This document shows positions 50,528 through 59,978 of a stretch of 64,000 nucleotides of DNA, piece by piece. The number at the start of each line of letters is the position of its first letter. Position 1 is the stretch's first letter. Made by a program: the position numbers and the translations under genes. The DNA is from Podarcis erhardii (taxonomy: Eukaryota). The notes beneath the pieces were generated by a model. It did not search any database. It saw nothing but the letters and a program-made list of their open reading frames with translations, and was not told the DNA's origin. Location: assembly GCA_964252035.1 (NCBI GenBank), contig OZ176203.1; one strand, written 5' to 3'.

Positions 50528-52105
50528 TTGTTCAGTGTACACTGAATAATGCATTTGCAGTGTTACTACTAGCTTGATTACTAGCAGTAATAGTGCAAAA
50601 GCAGATGTGGACTCTTCCACTGGGATCTGCTGTAACAGTCGTGGCAGGCTCACTTGCAAAGGAAGAAAGTGTTTCATAAATGCTTCATATTGTCTGTTAT
50701 GCACCTGTGCAAATAACTATTTTGGTTTGGTGTGTGCATGTGGCAGTTGGTGAGCATCTTTTTGCTACATTTGCTCTTCCCCGGATTTGGGAAGCTGTCT
50801 TGGCTTAATGTGTATTTTCCAGCTATTTTGAATTATTTTTGTTTCACAATGTGTGAAAACCATTTCCTTTTTGAATTTTAAAATGTGTATACATGATTTT
50901 CTCTCCTGTGCAAGGCTGTTTTGTTTAACACAGAAATCAAGCCATTATAGCCTTCACTGCAAATATGAATGCATGAAATAAGTAAAATGGACATGATGGC
51001 TTAGCAAATTTAATTTGGGCTGCTGTGGTGGGGAGGGTGCACGTGGGCTGTATAAAGAGAACCAATTTCTACTCTTAAACCCCTAGAAATAATTCACTCC
51101 ACTGTTAGCATAGCAAAGATCCTCCAAGTTCAGGAAAACACAAAGGATCGTTATTACACATTATATAATTGTTAGAAAATAAAAGTTGAATGCTTTCTCT
51201 GTAAAAGGATCTCTTAACACCCGTACAAATGAAACTGAAACTAATATTCATGGATCTTTGTTTTTGATTAATAAAAATGTATTCTAAACAATATACATGC
51301 ATGCAATTTTCATATGTTTGATGACAAAGCACATATTTAAAAATAAAAGGCTTGACCATGTTTACCTCTGGTTTTTTTGTTATATTTTAAGGGGTCTGCA
51401 TAAAGCAGAAAGGGGAGAGATGCACTTATCCTGTATTGTTTTGTTTTTAAAAACTATACAAGTGATGGGGAAAATTGTGTTTTCTACATATAAATGATCT
51501 TATGAATGCCATATTATACAGAGCCATCTCAGTGACAATGGAAACACTACCTGTGGGAATAAATTCACCAGCAGTGCTGTACCACCTTCTCCCAATCAGT
51601 ACCAATAGACTTCAATGATTTTTAAAAACCAATAATACTTAGGCATTATTTTTGGAATAATCAATTAATTTTAATTTTGAATCTTGAGAAGTTGACCTAT
51701 CATCATACACAGTATGATAGGAATCACTTCTCCAAGTACTTGCCAAAACAGTACCATCCACACACAAGAAATAAGTAGCAGTTAGCTTGGGAAAAACTTA
51801 AGATTTGCAAAAGTGGGCTGGGGTGGGGGGGCTCAGTGGAGAAAATAGCCCAATGGGAACTTAAGTGGACATAATGCTGATTGTTGGAATGGAGGTGGGG
51901 ACTAGAATCCTGAAGTGGAATAGTCCATATGGCAACAATTAGCTGCAGATTCCACTTCCCAAGCAATGAAATGCAGGAGCATGTTTTGTTCATTTTGGTA
52001 AGCCTCCTTTTCTCGACTAATTTGGCAGCCCCACCTGCCCTTCTTTCTTACACACAGCCAGGGGCTGACTGGGCCTGTGACTGGCTTTGACCCTACTGCT
52101 GGGCT

Positions 52106-52932
52106 CCATGATCACTGCAGATGCTGACAGCAGTCCCAAAATTAAAAGAGGCCTGCTTCTTGGGAGAAAAGTGATGACAAACCTAGACAGCATCTTAAAA
52201 AGCAGAGACATTACCTTGCCGACAAAGGTCCGTATAGTTAAAGCTATGGTTTTCCCAGTAGTGATGTATGGAAGTGAGAGCTGGACCATAAAGAAGACTG
52301 AGCCAGTGTGGTGTAATGGTTAAGAGCGGTAGTCACGTAATCTGGGGAACTGGGTTCGCGTCTCCGCTCCTCCACATGCAGCTGCTTGGTGACCTTGGGC
52401 CAGTCACACTTCTTTGAAGTCTCTCAGCCCCACTCACCTCACAGAGTGTTTGTTGTGGGGGAGGAAGGGAAAGGAGATTGTTAGCCACTTTGAGACTCCT
52501 GAAGGGGAGTGAAAGGTGGGATATCAAATCCAAACTCTTCTTCTTCTACTACTGATTGCCGAAGAATTGATACTGTTGAATTATGGTGCTGGAGGAGACT
52601 CTTGAGAGTCCCATGGACTGCAAGAAGATCAAACCTATCCATTCTTAAGGAAATCATCCCTGAGTGCTCACTGGAAGGACAGATCCTGAAGCTGAGGCTT
52701 CAATACTTTGGTCACCGCATGAGAAGAGAAGACTCCCTCGAAAAGACCCTGATGTTGGGAAAGATTGAGGGAACAAGGAGAAGGGGACAACAGAGGACGA
52801 GATGGTTGGACAGTGTTCTCGAAGCTACAAACATGAGTCTGACCAAACTGCGGGAGGCAGTGGAAGACAGGAGTGCCTGTCGTGCTCTGGTCCATGGGGT
52901 CACGAAGAGTCGGACACGACTAAACAACAACA
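52106..52932 (+). mobile_element. 5'-truncated BovB (RTE) LINE, RT C-terminus and (CAA)n tail
   Basis: ORF track peptides SRDITLPTKVRIVKAMVFPVVMYGSESWTIKK and RRIDTVELWCWRRLLRVPWTARRSN…LRLQYFGH; (CAA)n tail; 11-bp TSD ACTGCTGGGCT (52095-52105, 52933-52943). Confidence 0.92.
52302..52550 (+). mobile_element. Squam3-like tRNA/MIR-derived SINE nested in BovB
   Basis: A-box GTGGTGTAATGG, B-box GGTTCGCGTC, CORE-like GGTGACCTTGGGCCAGTCAC, (CTT)n tail, ACTGA duplication at 52297-52301 and 52551-52555. Confidence 0.82.
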
Positions 52933-54379
52933 ACTGCTGGGCTGCCCTCCCAGTCCCTTTGGGCACCACCCATGGCTGCTTCTGCTAGTAAAACATGAAG
53001 CACCCAATTTTCATCAATTGTACCACTATCCACTCACCCTGCAGCCCTCTGTGCCATATCCCATACTTTTGTGGAAGATCTGGCAACTTTCGGCAGCACA
53101 GGGGGCTGCAGTGAAATAAGGAGATGAGCTTAGATGAGCAAAAATGCTTTCCATAATCTCAACTCTTCCGCTCACGTAATTTTATTTTCTCCTCATTTTA
53201 GTTACAGTACTGTACTTGTCTATAGGTTTCCCTTTCCTGACTTCCTCTGTTGCTTCATGTCAGATTTCAACTTCTTCTAGCCGCTAATCAACTTCATGGC
53301 CTTGGTGCTTCTTATCTTTGTTCCTTTTCCTCTATTCTCCTTAGCCTCTTGGCTAACCACAAATCTTCCGTTTATACCTCCCTTCCTTTGTTCTAGTTTT
53401 TATCTTCAAGGTTTATTTCTTGTGCTAACTTCTTCCCTAAGTAATTATTTTGTATTTTTATGTTGTGAACCACTCTGTGATCTTCAGATTGGCAGTGTAC
53501 AAATTTAATAAATAATACTAAACTCATTCTCTCTCTCGCATTGTCCTTGCATTGTCCCACCACCACCATTTTCTCTCTATGCCTAGGCTAATGCATGTAG
53601 TCTCTCTTTCTTCTTTTTACTTTGTTCAACCTTTGCAAAGTTTCCACACTCCCTCCAATTCCTCCTTCCCTTCTTTTCTTATTTTGAAAAATAAAACCCA
53701 GTACAAGTTCCTGTTTTCAGGCTCACCACTAAATACAGTAATAATAATAATGGTGAGCCTTCAAGCAGGAACTTATATTGGGTTTTTGTTGTTGTTTACA
53801 GCACCAAGCACATATTAGCCACATTATAAATGATGAATTATAATGAATTTGACACATATGAACTGTGCCATTTTTAGCTTGTTTACACATAGGTTTGAAC
53901 ACAGGCGCAAACTATTTTAACACATCTTCAAGTTTGTGTGAAGAGTGTGCACTTGTTGTGTTGTAGTTTGTGCATGTTGCTACACAGCTTGTACACAAGC
54001 TGAATGTAACTTGCAAACACCCCTATTGCAAGGACATTTAATTTAAGAAATGATCCACTTTGAACTCAGTGGGATTTATTTCTAAGTAAACATAAGGCTG
54101 TGGAAAGTGCTTTCCCCTTCCCTCTTCCTGAGGACATACTTGCAAACATAAAAGCTGCTTTTAGGTTTGTACGTGTCTCTTCTCCCATACACAGATAATA
54201 CTCCTGAATGTAGAATATGTTACCTAACTTCAGACTGTTGCATAAACAAACAAGAGGGCACAAAGCTAATACCCAGAGGAGCAGATATATCTTTGAGTTA
54301 CTCAACACTCTGCATCTGTTTTGTTTCAGATTCTCCTATAGGCTACATTCTAATATTCTCTCTCCTCCTTAAATGCTCG

Positions 54380-54511
54380 AGGCTCTATACAGCTGCCAGG
54401 AAAGGCGGGCCTCCAGCCTTTCCACCATAGCAACCTTGTCGTGCCTGCTCTGTGCAAGGGAAGACGGAAGAGAGTCAACAGCAGGCGCTGCACAGAATCA
54501 GCAGGGTAAGT
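54380..54511 (+). promoter_or_regulatory. Candidate promoter and non-coding first exon of CBR paralog B
   Basis: GC box AGGCGGGCC near 54405 and consensus donor CAGG|GTAAGT at 54506, about 590 bp upstream of the ATG, which sits behind AG acceptors. Confidence 0.45.
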
Positions 54512-55092
54512 TCTTGTTCTTGTTCTTTGATTGCATGAACCTGCTCAATTCTGTTGATAATCTAAAAAACCTCCAGGGTAGATTATGGCCTCCCTGCTAC
54601 GTCTCTGTAAGTTGCAGAATAAAATAATGTGTAAAACAATGTTCAAAGGTCAGGAAGAGCCAATAGGCACACCCTGGGAATGGAGGTTTCAAAGCAATAC
54701 TCCAAACCACATGCTCCAACTCAGGCAGTCCTTCATCTTTGCAACAGGTATAAATATACTCATCCAGTGAAGTTGCCATTCCATGTGTCTGGCTTCAGAC
54801 AAAAAACAACAACAAAAAAACACCCTTATGCCACAATAAATTCACAGGTTTTTTTAAAGATGCCACAAGATTTTTTGTGTTTGCTGCAAAAAAACATGTT
54901 TATGGAATTACTCCAGCAAATTGTTTTTGAAGTTTTCTTGCTGATTATGCTATGCTACCCCAGAGTAAGTGCTTTCGGGTAATGCAATAATGCTGTTCTG
55001 ACGCCATACAGAAAACATGCTCGGTTATGTGGATGTGTTTCTTCCTAAGGTGTCTCCCGTCCTACCTGATCAGAATCCGCTTGGCAGAGAGG

Positions 55093-55381
55093 ATGTCTAA
55101 GAGCATTCCAGTGGCTGTGGTGACTGGCTCCAACAAAGGCATTGGGCTGGCCATCGTGCGGGCTCTATGCAAGCAGTTCAGTGGGGATGTTTACCTGACA
55201 GCCCGGGATGTGGAACGGGGCAAGGAGGCAGTGGCCAAGCTTCAGGAAGAAGGGCTGAAGCCACAGTTCCACCAACTGGACATAAATGACCTGCAGAGTA
55301 TCCGAACCCTACGCGATTTCTTGAAGGAGAAGTATGGAGGATTAAATGTGCTGATCAACAATGCAGGGATTGCTTTCAAAG
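55093..55381 (+). CDS. CBR1: CBR paralog B coding exon 1 (MSKSIPVAVVTGSNKGIG...NNAGIAFK)
   Basis: ATG at 55093 within ORF 55027..55569; AAAG|GTAAAA donor. Confidence 0.95.
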
Positions 55382-58300
55382 GTAAAAACAGTTCAGTTTC
55401 TGGAAAGAAAGTATACGGAGATCAGGTCTGCCTGGGAGCACCACAGTCTGATACAAAATGGTATTGTTGGTCCCTGATGAGTGGGAAGTTGAACTCACTG
55501 CAGTTACTTGGTGGTCAGGAAACTTTCATTCACCTTATTTCATATATTCTGGGCTTACCCCAGGGCTAAGAACAGATGCTGAGCTGAGCCCTCTGACCAA
55601 AGTTAAGAACTGGGTAAAAGTACTTTTAACAGTGTACTTTGGACACAATGCAGTAGTTAAATATTCGCCACACTGCTTGCGACTTTCATGGGTGCTGCAG
55701 CTCAGGGCAGCTGCATACATTACTGTTTTCCAATACAGAAAATGCATCAATAGGACTAAGCGTGAGAGCTGAATGTAAATAATCCAGTGTACCAATCTTG
55801 CATATGAGTACAGTGGTACCTCAGGTTACAAACGCCTCAGGTTACAAACACTTAGAGTTACAAACTCTGCTAACCCAGAAGTAGGACCTCGGGTTGAGCT
55901 TTGCCCCAGAATGAGAACGGAAATCGCGTGCCAGCGGCACGGCAGCAGCGGGAGGCCCCATTAGCAAAAGTGCGTCTCAGGTTAAGAACGGTTTCGGGTT
56001 AAGAACAGACCTCCAGAACGAATTAAGTTCGTAACCCAAGATACCACTGTATTCACTGCATGTACACATGTGCAACTTCATTTCTGATGGGCTACACTTG
56101 AACCTATGTTTCTTAATACACGATAAATTCTTTTGCATGCAGCAAAGAATAATCTGTGATGGAAAACTGCAAAACATATACAATTAATGTTTGATAAAAA
56201 TGCAATTTGTTTCTTGCATTTCCTGTGGAAACTATAATCAGAATAGTTAGATAATCAAACAATCATTCAGAAAAAGGTACTTTGCAGTTTGATTATTGGT
56301 TAGTTGCAGAGACAGAAGCAGCTAAATGTTTGTTAGTGATCTTTCTCACTATACAATACATAACTGTCCCATGCAGAAAGTAAGTAATGAAAAACACAGA
56401 GTACCTGGTGGATAGCTGGCAACTATCTATTATTATTACTAATTAGCAGTAGTAGTAGTAGTAATAATTCTGAATGAGAGGTGATACTTTTAGCCTGCTC
56501 TTAACTTTATTCTTGCACACAGAAACCATGGGTACACAGACATAAAATCAATTGTACAGTGGTATCTCGGGTTACATACGCTTCAGGTTACATACGCTTC
56601 AGGTTACAGACTCCGCTAACTCAGAAATAGTACCCCGGGTTAAGAACTTTGCTTCAGGATGAGAACAGAAATCATGCGGTGGCAGCGCAGCAGCAGCGGG
56701 AGGCCCCATTAGCTAAAGTGGTGCTTCAGGTTAAGAACAGTTTCAGGTTAAGAACGGACCTCCGGAACGAATTAAATACGTAACCAGAGGTACCACTGTA
56801 CATATTAACAAGGCAAATATAATTTCATGTTCTACAACAGAAATGAAAATTATTCCATCTAGATTTAATGTGGGTTTGTGTGTTACTGTTATTTTGTAAT
56901 TTAAACATCTGGACACAATAAAATATATGTCATTCCCTCTCTTGGCATGTACAAGCAGCCAGAACTGCGACAAACAATGCTAACTCAAGTGAAAGCAGAT
57001 GGTGTGGGAGCTTTGCACATCTTCAACATGTTTTTTTAAAAATTATGACATCCTAGACAGTTCTGACATGTGTGTTTGTGACAGCCACCCTAGGTCTTGT
57101 GCCATCTGTGGAGAGTGTGTTCCCGGCTAGCATAGAGTACACCCCTCTACTCAGCAGAGTCTCCCCCTTTAAACAATAGGTGCCACTAGATGAGGTGTAA
57201 ATATTTCCACAGGGCTGTCCTTTATCAGCCGGCCTCCAAATTTCCCTGAGGTCCCCTTGAAGCCTCGTAAGGTAGTGTGGTATTCTATCTTCCAAGCTTG
57301 AGGGTGTTAAAAATAAGCCAAGACCACGCAGGGTTATGAAACAAGTTCTAAAGTTTACTAAACCTGGAAAAATGTGGAGATTTTAGAAAAAGATATGCAG
57401 TGGAAAAGTTACAGAAAAGCAATATATTCCCTTTAAGGCAAAATGGATTAAACCACCATCTACTTTCCCTGGACGAAACAGTCCCTTAATCCAGGTTTAC
57501 AAAGTTTTTCCTTGTCAGGTTGAGTTCCACCTTGAACTGCCCATCTCCTACTTTTATATTGTTATGAGTTGGGAGGAGGGGAGGCTGTACGCCTGACCCC
57601 CTCTTCTAATCCCTGGATCCAGCACATTTTCAGTTACTGAAATGGCTGGCTAATGAGTCATTACGGGTAGGGAGTGGCTCTGTGCCAGAGGGCCAGGGTG
57701 GAGGGTGGAGTGATATGAGCTAGAAGCTGGGTGCAAAAGCTGCAGGCTGGAAAGTCAGAGAGAAAGCCAAGCCTGATTTCTGCTGGAATCCAAGGCTGTG
57801 GCTGTGGGAGAAGCAAAGCTCTCTTAGGGCATTAATGCTGTAAACCCCTCCATTGCCTCTTGGGCTTGCCAATCAGAAGGTCGGCAGTTCAAATCCGCAC
57901 AACGGGGTAAGCTCCCATTGCTCTGTCCCAGCTTCTGCCAACCTAGAAGTTCGAAAGCACACCAGTGAAAGTAGATACCGTATTTTTCGTCCTATAGGAC
58001 ACTCCGTCCCATAGGACGCACCTAGTTTTTTGGGGGGGAAATAAAGGGGGGGAAATTACCTTTATTTCCCCCCCAAAACCAGGTTGGGGAAACCGAACCA
58101 GGTCGAGGAACAGCAGGATGGCGGCGCTGCGCCTCCCTGCTGTCCCCCGAGCTTGTGGGGCTGGCCGATGTCTGCACGGCGCGCGGGGTGCTCTGCTTCA
58201 GAACGCCCTTCCCACCGGGCGGCAGGCTGCTATCCACAGTGTGGGGAGTCCTGCGGGGAACTCCTGCAGGGCTCCCCACGCTGCAGATGTTTGCCCGGCG

Positions 58301-59901
58301 TGTGGGGCGCTCCGCTTCAGGGCGCCCCGGGCGGCAGGCTGCTATCCGCAGCAAGGGGAGCCCTGCGGGGAACTCCTGCAGGGCTCCCCACGCTGCGGAT
58401 GTCTGCCTGGCACGAGGGGCGCTCTGCTTCAGGGTACATTTCGCGCCGGGCGGCAGGCTGCTATCCGCAGCGTGGGAAGCCCTGCGGGGAACTCCTGCAG
58501 GGCTCCCCACGCTGCGGATGTCTGCCCGGCGTGAGTGGCGCTCTGCTTCAGGGCGTCCCTCGCACCGGGTGGCAGGCTGCTATTCGCAGCCTAGACAGCC
58601 CTGCGGGAACTCCCGCAGGGCTGCCTAGGCTGCGGATATGTTCCCGAAGCGCCGGGCGCTCTGCTTTCAGCACGCCCCGCGCTCCGGGAAGCAGGCTGCT
58701 ATCCGCAGCCTAGACAGCCCTGCGGGAGTTCCCGCAGGGCTGCCCAGGCTGCGGATGTCTTCCTGAAGCCTGGAGAGCGAGAGGGGTCGGTGCGCACGGA
58801 CCCCTCTCGCTCTCCAAGCTTCAGCGAAAGCCTGCATTCACCCCATAGGACGCACCCAGATTTCCCCTTCATTTTTGGAGGGGAAAAAGTGCGTCCTATA
58901 GGGCGAAAAATACAGTAAATAGGTACCGCTGCGGCGGGAAGGTAAACGGCGTTTCTGTGCGCTCTGGCACGCCTCATGATGTCCCGTTGCCCCAGTAGCG
59001 GTATAGTCATGACTCGGAAAGCTGTCTGCGGACAAACACCAGCTCCCTTGGCCTGAAGTGAGATGAGCACCGCAACCCCATAGTTACCTTTGACTGGACT
59101 TAACCATCCAGGGGTCCTTTACCTATGTATATATACTGTATATCATAAAGACATCACAGCCTCTGCCATGCCTTATTCCAAAAGGAAACATGAACCCTTC
59201 ATTGATGCGTGAACCCCTGGTATTTTCTACTACTCAGAGATTGGGGTGGTGTGCAATAATATAGGTTCCTGTCAATCACATGAAGCACCTTAGCCAGAGA
59301 TGAGGCAACTCTCACATACCAAGGAGTTTTAATTAACTTGATATTTGAGCCTTGAGGTATTTGCTAGGTTTCCAAGTTAACCCTATAATCCCCCAAACAA
59401 GCAGACAGGTTATTGAACAAGTAAAATATACAACAGCTGGTTGGGGGTTGATGGGATAGTCTAAAACATCTGGAGGGCACCAGGTTATTAAAGGCTGTAG
59501 TAAGGTTTTCAAGAATGTTACAGCTGCACAATGTAATTTCAACTGACGTTGACCATAAGTGGACTATGTTGTTTGCCTTTTTAGTGTACGTGCTGGAAAG
59601 ACTGTGTGCATTTGTACCTTAATGCATATTTTTGTATTTCCATTTTCTTTGCCCAATAAAAAGTGGAGGACCCCACACCGTTTCCTACACAAGCAGACGT
59701 GTCCATGAAAACGAACTTCTTTGCAACCAGAAATATTTGCAACGAGTTATTGCCACTTATTAAACCACAAGGTGAGCTTTACATTTTCATCCTGCAGGAC
59801 TAAATATTGTATTTTTAAATAGTCACAACCCATCCTGGGACCTTATAGTAGGGCAGGTAGGAAATAAAAATGAATAACTATTAATAACAACAGACAAACA
59901 G

Positions 59902-59937
<36 letters not shown>

Positions 59938-59945
59938 TAATAATA

Positions 59946-59978
<33 letters not shown>

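Larger units (their letters stand above)
57856..59124 (+). mobile_element. Sauria SINE (Squam1) interrupted by the Tc2-like MITE
   Basis: The halves 57856-57977 and 58916-59124 join to match the uninterrupted copy at 14140-14497 (…AGTAGATA^AATAGGTAC…GGGGTCCTTTACCT). Confidence 0.88.

Noticed and set aside
52302-52380. tRNA-like A/B boxes (also near 14140-14200 and 31190-31233)
   Set aside because: These are SINE heads followed by SINE bodies and tails, not complete tRNA genes.
55027-55092. Upstream in-frame ATGs giving an Arg-rich extension on CBR-B
   Set aside because: They lie upstream of the likely acceptors at 55049 and 55087 and have no counterpart in paralog A; they would matter only if 5' RACE shows unspliced starts.
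58022-58713. Several overlapping ORFs of 138-209 aa
   Set aside because: They are artefacts of GC-rich tandem repeats (few stop codons); translations are repetitive with no domain or splice context.
58167-58760. Regularly spaced palindromic array resembling a CRISPR or attC-type array
   Set aside because: The units are whole-unit tandem duplicates with no unique spacers, no cas or integrase genes are nearby, the context is vertebrate, and the array is bounded by transposon TIRs.
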